This document shows positions 1 to 8,443 of a stretch of 36,929 nucleotides of DNA, in pieces. Both the position numbers and the translations under genes were made by a program. The DNA is taken from UHGV virus genome UHGV-0211320, one strand, 5' to 3'. A model generated the notes under the pieces. The model saw only the letters and a program-made list of their open reading frames with translations. It searched no databases and was not told the DNA's origin. Each line of letters opens with the position of its first letter. Within the stretch, counting starts at the first letter, position 1. This stretch comes from a virus.

Positions 1-37
1 ATAAAAAAACACGCCCACCGTCCAAAGCAAGCGTGTT
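1..37. repeat. Hairpin (AACACGC/GCGTGTT stem, 8-14 and 31-37) inside a 25-bp motif AAAAAACACGCCCACCGTCCAAAG. A near-identical copy lies at 36328-36352.
   Basis: Direct reading. A-run sits 5' on the plus strand and a T-run follows on the minus strand, so it is a minus-strand-type intrinsic terminator. The repeat matches 36328-36352 with 1 indel and 1 mismatch. Confidence 0.5.
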
Positions 38-111
38 CTATGAAAAAACAAACCTATACGATAGGCTTATTCACGTGTCTATTGTATCAGAGAAAGAGAG
101 CTGATTCAATT

Positions 112-1323
112 ATGTCAGAAGTAACAGGATACTTAGAACAAGTAGACAATGAAACATATAGACTAAGAGCTGTATTAGGGTACAAACCTGATGGCTCGGC
201 AAAAAGAAAAAGCAAAACTATAAAAGCGAATAGTAAAAGAGCGGCATATAAAGAATTGAACATCTGGTTAGAACAATTCGAAGGAATGACCGATGATTCG
301 TTGGATTTATTCAATATAACTTTTGGTGAATTTTATAGAAAAATATGGCTTTCAGAGGCCGAAAAAAATTTAGAGCCAAAGTCTTATCATAACTATAAGC
401 GAATGATCGAGAATAGATTTCTTGATAAATTTGATTTTATCCCTCTAATCGATATCAAACCATACATGATAAAGAAAATTGTTGTTAATGCTCAAAGAAT
501 CAATACAAAAGATCCTGGAAGAAACTCTGATAAACCTTTATCAAGAAATACAAAGCTTCGTATGTTATACGCCGTTAACAACTTATTTTTGATGGCTAAA
601 AATGAGTACGGAGCAATTAAAGAAAATCCTGTGGAAAATGTAAAAATACCAAAAGAAAAAGGCGTAAAAAAGAATATCGAAGAACCTTATTCGGAAGAAG
701 AAATTCATGCAATGCTAAAAGCAGCATTTGAGGAAAGCATAGAAATTAAAACTTTAATTGTTCTAGCATTTATTACAGGAGCAAGACAAGGAGAAATTGC
801 AGCTTTAGAAGAAAAAGATATTGACTTTGACAAACAAGAAATAAGATTTCATCAGCGGATTTCAGAAGTAGATGGAAAATCAGATATTCGGTTGCTTCCA
901 GGTTTGAAAAATGATGATGATGAAAAAATAGTAACCGGTCCTGCTTATCTATTTGATATGCTAGATGAATTAATCAAAGAGAATAAAAAGATTCGTTGGA
1001 AATTAAATATAAAGAAATTAAAACACTATTTTATATTTGATACAAAACAAGACGGAACTTTGCCACGTGGAAGTTATCTGTATAAGAAGTTCAAACGATT
1101 CACCAAACGACACAATTTGCGTCACATTCGTTTTCACGACATTAGACATACATCAGCTACCTATTTGCTTAGCGATCCTAATATGACTCCAAAAGAGCTT
1201 CAAAAACGATTAGGACACCGAGATTTTAATACTACAATGAATGTTTATGGCCATGTCTTACGCAAAGAAAAAGATACAGCAGCTACAGCGTTTGAAAAAC
1301 TATTAAAAAAAGATATAAAATAA
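112..1323 (+). CDS. int: Tyrosine site-specific integrase (phage integrase family), with an N-terminal arm-binding (AP2-like/SAM-like) domain and a C-terminal catalytic domain.
   Basis: C-terminal HDIRHTSATYLL (HxxR) and NVYGHV (catalytic Tyr) motifs. The N-terminus MSEVTGYLEQVDNETYRLRAVLGYKPDGSAKRK is typical of Firmicutes phage integrase arm-binding domains. RBS GAGAG is upstream of the ATG at 112. The ORF-track start at 40 adds an implausible hydrophobic extension. Confidence 0.9.
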   Translation: MSEVTGYLEQVDNETYRLRAVLGYKPDGSAKRKSKTIKANSKRAAYKELNIWLEQFEGMTDDSLDLFNITFGEFYRKIWLSEAEKNLEPKSYHNYKRMIENRFLDKFDFIPLIDIKPYMIKKIVVNAQRINTKDPGRNSDKPLSRNTKLRMLYAVNNLFLMAKNEYGAIKENPVENVKIPKEKGVKKNIEEPYSEEEIHAMLKAAFEESIEIKTLIVLAFITGARQGEIAALEEKDIDFDKQEIRFHQRISEVDGKSDIRLLPGLKNDDDEKIVTGPAYLFDMLDELIKENKKIRWKLNIKKLKHYFIFDTKQDGTLPRGSYLYKKFKRFTKRHNLRHIRFHDIRHTSATYLLSDPNMTPKELQKRLGHRDFNTTMNVYGHVLRKEKDTAATAFEKLLKKDIK

Positions 1324-1337
1324 CATTGAAAAATTAT

Positions 1338-1366
1338 ATTTTCGGGTATAAACTCGGGTAGGATAT
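1338..1366 (+). promoter_or_regulatory. Putative integrase arm-type binding sites (P arm): TTCGGGTATAAACTCGGGTAGG.
   Basis: Two TCGGGTA copies about one helical turn apart. The same arrangement recurs at 1576-1604 on the other side of the core. Confidence 0.45.
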
Positions 1367-1451
1367 ATAAAAACTTGGGATAATTTGCGGTATATAAGCA
1401 TGTAAAAATGCTGTAAATTCGCTTATCTTCATTTAAAATACCATTAAATAA

Positions 1452-1497
1452 CGAACTCTTAATCAGCGGGTCGCGGGTTCGAGCCCCTCACGGCCCA
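1452..1497 (+). other. Partial tRNA-Lys(CUU)-like 3' segment (anticodon loop through discriminator), proposed as the attP core. It is not a complete tRNA gene.
   Basis: ACTCTTAATCAGCGGGTCGCGGGTTCGAGCCCCTCACGGCCCA aligns position-by-position with bacterial tRNA-Lys 3' halves. It shows anticodon loop CTCTTAA, variable loop GGGTC and T-loop TTCGAGC. There is one T-stem mismatch, no 5' half and no CCA. Confidence 0.6.
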
Positions 1498-1514
1498 TTG
1501 GGTGCCAAACCCAC

Positions 1515-1560
1515 GTCACCAGTACATTCTTGGCTACTTAGGTAGTTTCGAAAAGAGTGT
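1515..1560 (+). terminator. Imperfect stem-loop followed by TTTTTTATTTTT.
   Basis: CCACGT...ACGTGG and GTAC pairing, then a T-run on the plus strand only. It probably ends the int transcript inside attP. Confidence 0.35.
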
Positions 1561-1575
1561 ACGTGGTGGCATTTT

Positions 1576-1604
1576 TTATTTTTCGGGTATGAAATTCGGG
1601 TATG
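1576..1604 (+). promoter_or_regulatory. Putative integrase arm-type binding sites (P' arm): TTCGGGTATGAAATTCGGGTATG.
   Basis: Second pair of TCGGGTA direct repeats, mirroring 1338-1366 around the tRNA-like core. Confidence 0.45.
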
Positions 1605-1665
1605 CATTTTAGCATTTTGTTTTTTAATAACATTCGAACTAATCAATAAACCTTTGGGTTATCAC

Positions 1666-1695
1666 AATATGTACCGCCCCTCATCGAGGGGCTAT
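1666..1695. terminator. GC-rich hairpin GCCCCTC-atc-GAGGGGC followed by TATTTTTA, sitting between the convergent int and endolysin transcripts.
   Basis: Perfect 6-7 bp GC stem with a T-run on the plus strand. It is directly 3' of the minus-strand endolysin stop. Confidence 0.5.
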
Positions 1696-1697
1696 TT

Positions 1698-2717
1698 TTA
1701 TCGTTTAGGAATATTTAAATACCAACGTTTGTCATGGAAATCTTGCGCTCCATCTTTAGTGTTTCCTTTTGGATCATTCGTTGCACGCATCATGACATAG
1801 ACTTTCTTATTAGGAAAATTACGCATATTGAAAGATACATGATAACCAACATTTCCAGAAGTATTATAAGCTTGGTTTACATCTGGTCTATAAATTCCAT
1901 CAGCTCTTACTCGAGCTAATTCTTTCCCAGTATTGTAATCCATAATGAAAATATACTCGTATTTATAGTTAGCAATGTGCCATCCAGCCACATGCAAGTT
2001 TGCGTTTTCGATTTCTCCGAACTGATCAATGTGGGCGTAATTTGTTCCATCTGTCAGCGTAGGATTTGCAGCACCTGCTCGAGTTGGATCAATGACTGGT
2101 TTATCATCTGAAGTTGTCGGATTTTCATCGGTAAATCCATGAGCTAAATCATATGCTAATTTTTCTTTACTTACGCCCATTTCAGAAAGATAACCGTAAG
2201 GATCTGTATGATCGCCCCAGATATTTTGTGTTACCCATAAATGTGATTTGATTCCTGATTGGTTATAAGGAGTGTCCAATGTTAATGGAATACCATATTT
2301 CATTGCTGAATCTCTAGCCAATTCAACGTATGCCTTGTAGTTTTTCTCAAACGTTGCTTTATCATGTGTGTGTTGTAACTCAATCTGCACAGGACTGTTA
2401 GCATTAGCATACGAACCAGCACCGTACTGTACATAACCAGGTTGTCCGACTTGATAAACAATTCCACCGTCTCCCACAATATAAGCAGTATAAGCGCTAG
2501 TCCATGAACGTTGCATATACTGTGCTTCATTGCGTCCTGTTGCTGTTTCGTTAGCCGTTTCATGAAGTAAAATATACTGATTATTTGCTACTTGAGAGCT
2601 ACCTTCATTTACACCTAAATTAAATTCATTGTTGATCGTATAGGCGAACCCGTTAATTGGCAATAAAAAAAGAGCCGTTAAAAGGCTCATCGCAGTAACA
2701 GTAATTTTCTTTTTCAT
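1698..2717 (-). CDS. Endolysin: N-acetylmuramoyl-L-alanine amidase (Amidase_2/PGRP-like) with an N-terminal Sec signal peptide and a C-terminal cell-wall-binding region.
   Basis: N-terminus MKKKITVTAMSLLTALFLLPINGFA is a signal peptide. The amidase_2-like core carries conserved His/Glu/Tyr and an HxWxxxxGDHTDP motif. It is the last gene of the lysis cassette. Confidence 0.75.
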   Translation of the reverse strand: MKKKITVTAMSLLTALFLLPINGFAYTINNEFNLGVNEGSSQVANNQYILLHETANETATGRNEAQYMQRSWTSAYTAYIVGDGGIVYQVGQPGYVQYGAGSYANANSPVQIELQHTHDKATFEKNYKAYVELARDSAMKYGIPLTLDTPYNQSGIKSHLWVTQNIWGDHTDPYGYLSEMGVSKEKLAYDLAHGFTDENPTTSDDKPVIDPTRAGAANPTLTDGTNYAHIDQFGEIENANLHVAGWHIANYKYEYIFIMDYNTGKELARVRADGIYRPDVNQAYNTSGNVGYHVSFNMRNFPNKKVYVMMRATNDPKGNTKDGAQDFHDKRWYLNIPKR

Positions 2718-2727
2718 TTGTTTCCTC

Positions 2728-2925
2728 CTATTTTTTCAAATTATAAGCCGACACACCAGTGATAACACCTAAAAATGTTGCTACTGCATTGATAGTAAGT
2801 ACTGTCATATCTGTTCCATTCCATCCGTAGGCTTTCCCTAACGTTGCTACTAACACAGAAGCAGCTGGCAATACTGTTAAAACTGTCCATTTAATGACTT
2901 GATAATACTTATCGGGTAAAATCAT
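2728..2925 (-). CDS. Holin (phage_holin_1-like, 65 aa, two transmembrane helices).
   Basis: Small two-TM protein immediately upstream of the endolysin, with a charged C-terminus (NLKK). Confidence 0.7.
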   Translation of the reverse strand: MILPDKYYQVIKWTVLTVLPAASVLVATLGKAYGWNGTDMTVLTINAVATFLGVITGVSAYNLKK

Positions 2926-2947
2926 TTCTTCTTAACTCCTTTCTTTT

Positions 2948-3241
2948 TTACCTAGATCTTTCTCTAAATAAAGTTTTGATTTGTTGCGTATGCGCCACTA
3001 ATTTTTCTGCATGCTTATCTAATCTTTCGTCGTGTTTTTTCAGTTCTTCATGAATAGTAATGCGATCAGATTTGCTTGCTTCTAAATCTTTAGTCAGTAA
3101 ATCTAAATTTCGGCTTACTTTTGAAAGAGTCTCAGTAATCTTCGAGAAAGATGCAGTAATTGGTTTTATTACTAATAAAATCAATCCAGCGATTGTCGCA
3201 AACCATCCCGCCCACGTTGCTAACTCTCCTACATTTAACAA
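2948..3241 (-). CDS. XhlA-like lysis-associated membrane protein (N-terminal TM helix plus coiled coil).
   Basis: TM helix WAGWFATIAGLILLVI followed by a coiled coil. It sits in the position of PBSX xhlA, upstream of the holin and lysin. Confidence 0.55.
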   Translation of the reverse strand: MLNVGELATWAGWFATIAGLILLVIKPITASFSKITETLSKVSRNLDLLTKDLEASKSDRITIHEELKKHDERLDKHAEKLVAHTQQIKTLFRERSR

Positions 3242-3287
3242 ATTCCATCATCTCCATTAAAAATAAGCAATCGACGTAAGCCGATTG

Positions 3288-6008
3288 CTACACTTTTTTA
3301 AATTTAAAAATCGATTCAACTTCCCATTTGTCGCCGATATTAACTCCTTGTCCGGTACAATAAGAGTAATAGAACTTATTGTATTGCTCAGCGTTCGACA
3401 CATTAAACATGTTTTTTATTTGATTGTTTTTATAATTGACGGTCACGTCTGCGCTGATTTTTGACTGCGTTCCGTAAATAACTGCTTGATTGATATTATC
3501 GATTTGAGCGTTAATCCCCGGTTGGAAATTTGTCCCAGATACATCGTATTCGATAAAATCCAAGTCAGTATAGGCAGTATCCGTAATTAATTTAGAACTT
3601 GGATCTTGATAGTTGGTCCACCGAAGGATTGGGAGCATCGTCAGATACGCGTTTTTGATTCTGGCAAAAGATTGTAACCAGTTATAACGTTGTGTTAGTT
3701 TTAGCCCATCTGGACCCCATTCATAGATTCGCAAGACATCTGCAATATAGTCGGCTTCCGTTCCTTGCTTGATTAATTTTGATCGGTAAATAATTTTGAA
3801 TGTATCAACCCAGACATTAAATACTCCGTTAATATCTGCTTTGACATTATTTGTATACATGTCAATAGAATCCATTTTTTCATAACCGTGGTACGTTCCA
3901 TGAAAGTCAGGCAAGCCATCTATTTCAATGGCGCATTCCCACGCCCCTGCATTAACTACTTGATCGCTTTTAATCACAGATCCAGTTTGAGTATTCAACT
4001 CTACCATTTTACCGCCAACAATCCGCCAAAGTTCAGCATTTTGATACGTTCCACCGTCTGTATATGGTTTAGATTCATATCCAATTCCGTATTCAAAGTA
4101 CGTATTTTCTGCGCCTGCTGGACAGTAAATCTGAAATGCAGTGTTTCCGTCTGATGGTTTTGATACCAGCAGCTTATTTGCTACATTATCTGCACCTTTT
4201 ACAACTGGCATCACTAGATCCGGGTTATATTTGAAATAAGCTTCAAATTCCGTGGCTTCTTGCCCTTTCTCCAATTGCGTCTCATCAACATGTAAATTAT
4301 TGATTGAGAAACGGATATAGACTTCGCTATTATCTGTTTTTATAACTTGATCAGTGGAGTTTGGTAAAATCTGTTGGCTTGATAGCGGTTGTTTGTTTCT
4401 GTCATATTTAACTAGATTGACCGCTCCATGCACTATTTTGGGCGTTAATACATAACTTGAATTTGGTTCGATCAGTATAAAATCAGAAGTTTGATTAGCG
4501 CTATCCGGTACTACTGTGCCATCGCTACGCTCCAGATAACCCGTTACAGTTGTCGCCTTATTAAAAAGATTTTTTCCAGTGACCAAATTAGCGAGTTTTT
4601 CAGTCGATATAATCGCATTTTCGATTTGCTCCGGACTTTCGATTTTTGGTGGCTCATCCTCGCCAATCTTTTTTTGATCCGGATCAAATTGGTAAAATGC
4701 TTCAAACTCTGATTGTGTTTGACCATATTCAAGTTGCATTTTTTCAACATCTAGCCTATTAATGCTGAATCGAACAAAGACCGCTTCTGGATTGATTGCG
4801 ATAGTGTGCACGGCATCTGGGGTTATTTGTATGCCTGATCCTGAGATAAATTTATAATTGGAGTCATAAAAGCAAACGTTCAACGCTCCATTTGCTATTT
4901 TGCTAAATGTTAAATATCCTTTCGAGCTGTCAATGTATCGAAACCCAGCTGTCACATTATTCGTATCGGGAATCACTACACCGTCAGATCGATCAAGATA
5001 ACCAGGTTCGAGGACATCTTTGTTAAAAAGATTTTTTCCAATAACTAAATTGGCGAGTTTATCTGTCTGGACTGATTTAACACTTATCATTTTTCCTTGA
5101 TAGGTAGATCCGACCGTCCAAGCCGTACCACTCCAGTAGTACCAATTACCATCCGCAGAAACGACGTAGATATTGCTATTCCCGTTCGGAAAAGCAGTTT
5201 TTAAATCCGCTAACGTGGTATATACGCCAGATGGATTGCCTTTTGGAAAGTTGCTAATTCTATCATTAACTTGATTTAATGCCTGATTAACATCTATCTT
5301 ATCTGCTTTGTTAATTTTAAGTGTGTCGATATCTGTGCGGAATTCATTTGCGCCAGAAAGAACCTCGTCGATTTTCTGATCGGCTTGATCAATACGATCA
5401 TTGGTTTTATCAATATTTGTATTGATAGTTTCGACATCTTGATTGGCTTTCGCAATTTTGTCGTTTGTGTCTTTTAATTTCGCATCAATCTGCGTTTCAG
5501 ATTCCGAAATTTTCTGTTCAATCTCTAGCTTTCCATCAGCTAGAATTTTTTCGATTTTATCAATAGTCTGACTGAAACCATTGAAGTAATAATCTTCTAG
5601 TTCTGGCGTACTATCATCAATTGGACTGCGTTTGATATAAAAAGTAAAACGACCAGCTGTATCTAGTGATCGATCATTGGGGAAATCAATATAAACACTA
5701 CCTTCGACAATTCCAATATAACCTAAAATGTTGTCTTCTAGCACGATAGACACAATACCGTTCACGCGATCTTCAATGGTGGCGAGATAGTCATGTTTCC
5801 CATATCCGCCTTCTGCCGTTGCAGATTTGAACATCAAGCGAATCGGAACAGTTGTCCCTTCGGGTAATGATTGAGGTAGATCGTTTTTTACCAATTTAAA
5901 AATTAATTTAGCTGTTCCCCGATCATGCGACCAAAAAACGACCTTCGTCTGAATTGGATTGATTTCTTCTGCTTGGATCACAATGATCGATTCATTAATT
6001 TTAAACAT
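3288..6008 (-). CDS. Tail fibre / receptor-binding protein: BppU-like N-terminal domain, coiled coil, two tandem ~150-aa carbohydrate-binding-like modules and a C-terminal domain.
   Basis: N-terminal ~130 aa resemble the baseplate upper protein (BppU) N domain. A heptad-rich segment occupies aa ~140-250. Two modules repeat KLANLV(I/T)GKNLFNK ... (V/I)RFSIN.L.V..QLE.GQ..EFEA(F/Y). Confidence 0.7.
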   Translation of the reverse strand: MFKINESIIVIQAEEINPIQTKVVFWSHDRGTAKLIFKLVKNDLPQSLPEGTTVPIRLMFKSATAEGGYGKHDYLATIEDRVNGIVSIVLEDNILGYIGIVEGSVYIDFPNDRSLDTAGRFTFYIKRSPIDDSTPELEDYYFNGFSQTIDKIEKILADGKLEIEQKISESETQIDAKLKDTNDKIAKANQDVETINTNIDKTNDRIDQADQKIDEVLSGANEFRTDIDTLKINKADKIDVNQALNQVNDRISNFPKGNPSGVYTTLADLKTAFPNGNSNIYVVSADGNWYYWSGTAWTVGSTYQGKMISVKSVQTDKLANLVIGKNLFNKDVLEPGYLDRSDGVVIPDTNNVTAGFRYIDSSKGYLTFSKIANGALNVCFYDSNYKFISGSGIQITPDAVHTIAINPEAVFVRFSINRLDVEKMQLEYGQTQSEFEAFYQFDPDQKKIGEDEPPKIESPEQIENAIISTEKLANLVTGKNLFNKATTVTGYLERSDGTVVPDSANQTSDFILIEPNSSYVLTPKIVHGAVNLVKYDRNKQPLSSQQILPNSTDQVIKTDNSEVYIRFSINNLHVDETQLEKGQEATEFEAYFKYNPDLVMPVVKGADNVANKLLVSKPSDGNTAFQIYCPAGAENTYFEYGIGYESKPYTDGGTYQNAELWRIVGGKMVELNTQTGSVIKSDQVVNAGAWECAIEIDGLPDFHGTYHGYEKMDSIDMYTNNVKADINGVFNVWVDTFKIIYRSKLIKQGTEADYIADVLRIYEWGPDGLKLTQRYNWLQSFARIKNAYLTMLPILRWTNYQDPSSKLITDTAYTDLDFIEYDVSGTNFQPGINAQIDNINQAVIYGTQSKISADVTVNYKNNQIKNMFNVSNAEQYNKFYYSYCTGQGVNIGDKWEVESIFKFKKV
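4210..5060 (-). repeat. Internal tandem duplication (two ~390-450 bp modules) inside the tail fibre gene.
   Basis: DNA segments near 5025-5075 and 4560-4600 are ~85% identical (TTAAAAAGATTTTTTCCA...GCGAGTTT). The protein modules at aa 317-470 and 471-600 are paralogous. Confidence 0.7.
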
Positions 6009-6023
6009 CTATATCTTCCTTTC

Positions 6024-7415
6024 TTAAATAATTGGTATTGGGTCATTCGTTACCCATGTACCTGAAATATAAGATGATCCATTTCCTGAGTATGCGACTA
6101 CGCGACTAGCTTGTGTTAAGCCTGCCCTTGCGCCAGCAGGTTGGGTTTCATTGCGATATAAAGCCAGCGGATGGTAAGCAGGATAACTTTGATCACGTTG
6201 AAATCCAGCGGGAACCAAAATAACATTTCTTGTGTTAGAAGCATCAGAAGGATAATTATTGCATTCATACTTGATTGCTATTGTGACTGTGTCTCCTTCA
6301 CGTTTAATAGTACCGTTAACGTTTGTAATATTGTCACGATCGCTAATATCATCATTAGTGATTTGGCGAATGATTTTACCTGTAACGATATTCCCTTGAT
6401 TTCTTGCTTCAGCAATTCTATTAGCCTTCACTTTTGATCCAGCTACTTTAACTCGAGCAGTTCCGTTATCGGCAATTACACCATAGTCATTTCCACTACC
6501 GCGATCATTTGAATCAATATTGATATCAGCTAAATTTCTAGCTTCAGCAATACAGTTCTGATTTTGATAGAAATTATTACTTGTACCAATTTTTGAAGCT
6601 CCTATGGCGAAAAGACATCTATTCCCTTTGCCAAAGGTATTTTCAGCGAAACGACAATTCCAAACTGCTAAGTAGCTTGATTGTTCAGAATAGATTGCAC
6701 ATTTTATATCCCCGCCAATATATGCCACACCGGAAATATTTGCCTGATCGACAAATTGAAGGCCGTTGATTTGCTGGTATCCCAGCGAGCTAATGAAGGC
6801 GATCGAACGTACTTTTACACCTAATTCTGAGCTTGTATCTGACACATTTTGTCTGTTTCGAATCGTAATGCTGACAGCTTTGAGATTCCTTACTACAACA
6901 TCTTCAAGGTATACTCCATCGCCAATCCAAATAGTTACTCGTGAACTAGTTAATAACGGTATTTGATTTACAGCAGCTTGAATTGTAAGAAATGGATTTT
7001 TTTCTGTACCATCCCCACTTTGATCACTTCCTGTTTTAGCAACATATAAATCGAGCGTTTCGCCGTATGCTCCCATAAGAGTTCCAACAGAAACATTTAG
7101 TTGATTTAGCTGACCTTGTTGATTATCTTGTCTTGTCTTTAATTCTGTATAATTCAAATTGAAAAGGTTATCCAATGCTAATAATCTCGAATAAAGCGTT
7201 GGATAGATCGTACCTTCAGCATTTGTTCGAGCATCCACTACTTCGTTAGGAGAATCACCGCCTGAATGAAGCACGAGATTATCTATACGACTGTTTGTTG
7301 ATTTGTGCTGCTCGTCTAAATTTTTTTCCAAATTTTCTAAGTAGTCCACATTGTCATTGAATGTTTCTTTCCACTCGTTGGAAATTCGGTTATTCTTCAA
7401 TTTTTCTAATTCCAA
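6024..7415 (-). CDS. Tail-associated protein with a right-handed beta-helix (pectate-lyase-like) region; candidate tail spike or depolymerase.
   Basis: Repetitive beta-helix-like middle region (NCRFAENTFGKGNRCLFAIGASKIGTSNNFYQNQNCIAEARN...) in the distal tail module. Its start codon abuts the stop of the upstream gene. Confidence 0.5.
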   Translation of the reverse strand: MELEKLKNNRISNEWKETFNDNVDYLENLEKNLDEQHKSTNSRIDNLVLHSGGDSPNEVVDARTNAEGTIYPTLYSRLLALDNLFNLNYTELKTRQDNQQGQLNQLNVSVGTLMGAYGETLDLYVAKTGSDQSGDGTEKNPFLTIQAAVNQIPLLTSSRVTIWIGDGVYLEDVVVRNLKAVSITIRNRQNVSDTSSELGVKVRSIAFISSLGYQQINGLQFVDQANISGVAYIGGDIKCAIYSEQSSYLAVWNCRFAENTFGKGNRCLFAIGASKIGTSNNFYQNQNCIAEARNLADINIDSNDRGSGNDYGVIADNGTARVKVAGSKVKANRIAEARNQGNIVTGKIIRQITNDDISDRDNITNVNGTIKREGDTVTIAIKYECNNYPSDASNTRNVILVPAGFQRDQSYPAYHPLALYRNETQPAGARAGLTQASRVVAYSGNGSSYISGTWVTNDPIPII

Positions 7416-8435
7416 CTAAATCACTCCTTTTTTCGTTAGATTAGCGAGAATTGCAGTCATTGTTTTCTTTGTGTTGCTCAATGTGATCTCTGGCGGCTTA
7501 TTTGGTATCGCTGGATACGTCTTGATTCCTACTACTTGAATATAGGTATTGACACCTAACGGCTCATAGACAAACGCCACGTAATCGCCCTTATTAGGCT
7601 CTACACGCCATTTCATAGTAACTGTGCCAGTGATTGTTGGATAGTCTTGCAAGTCTTGTTTCAAACGTTCTAGCATGTTCCCTGAAACGGTGTAACGATC
7701 ATCACTAACTGGACTTTGGACACGTATACCCCATTTTTCCGACTGCTTACTTGTATATGTGATTGGCGTGAAGTAGTAAGTGTCGTCTTCTTTTTTCTTA
7801 CCAAATCCTTTTATCTGTGTTTTCAACGAATAGGTGTCTATGTCGAACTTCACTGAATCCGTGTTGTATTTGTATCGAATCTGCTCCTGAACTTTATCGC
7901 CGAACTCTGAGCGTGGATAGAATGTTAAATGTTTGTTGTCCGGAATCACTATCGCATCATAGTCTTTCAAAATTTCTTCAACCAGTTTCAAATAGTTACC
8001 ATTCCCGAAGTTTTCTTGTTCAACTGGCAAAAACTTCTTGTTCGGATCTACAACTTCCCATGTAAAGCCGCGATTATCAGGTTTGAAAACATGCGCTAGC
8101 AGTTGGTTGATAGAGCGTGTTCCTGTGATTGTGTCGTACTGAAAGCCATCTTGCATGGTGTAGTAAATGTGCGTGGCTGTAACTGTTTTTGTGATTGCTG
8201 CCCCTTCGGCAGAAACGCCCATTTGTTTTACGATAAACTCTTGTCCATTGAAAAATACTGAATTTTCATAATCGACTAAATCAAAAGCCAATTCATTGAA
8301 TTTTGTTTTGACAATAGTGAACGAAATTTCCCACGTTTCGTTCTCTTGCCAATTTTCAGTAAATGTACTTTTATCGTAGTCAGTCAATATTTCTTTTTTT
8401 GTTTTCTCGTAGTCTTGGATAAAAATATCTTTCAA
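7416..8435 (-). CDS. Tail-associated lysin (Tal) N-terminal-like baseplate hub protein (gp27-like fold, short form).
   Basis: ~340 aa, which matches the conserved N-terminal structural domain of siphovirus Tal proteins. It sits directly after the Dit gene. Confidence 0.5.
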   Translation of the reverse strand: MKDIFIQDYEKTKKEILTDYDKSTFTENWQENETWEISFTIVKTKFNELAFDLVDYENSVFFNGQEFIVKQMGVSAEGAAITKTVTATHIYYTMQDGFQYDTITGTRSINQLLAHVFKPDNRGFTWEVVDPNKKFLPVEQENFGNGNYLKLVEEILKDYDAIVIPDNKHLTFYPRSEFGDKVQEQIRYKYNTDSVKFDIDTYSLKTQIKGFGKKKEDDTYYFTPITYTSKQSEKWGIRVQSPVSDDRYTVSGNMLERLKQDLQDYPTITGTVTMKWRVEPNKGDYVAFVYEPLGVNTYIQVVGIKTYPAIPNKPPEITLSNTKKTMTAILANLTKKGVI

Positions 8436-8443
8436 ATTACCAC

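Larger units (their letters stand above)
1335..1610. other. Candidate attP region: core plus flanking arm-type sites.
   Basis: It lies immediately downstream of int. It contains a tRNA 3'-end-like core flanked on each side by paired TCGGGTA direct repeats. The ~275 bp span is typical of lambda-type attP. Confidence 0.6.

Noticed and set aside
40-111. N-terminal extension of the integrase ORF (MKKQTYTIGLFTCLLYQRKRADSI...)
   Set aside because: It is hydrophobic and uncharacteristic. A proper RBS and a conserved integrase N-terminus begin at 112.
1421-1500. A complete tRNA gene at the attP core
   Set aside because: Only the 3' ~43 nt are tRNA-like. No complementary 5' acceptor strand or D-arm lies upstream.
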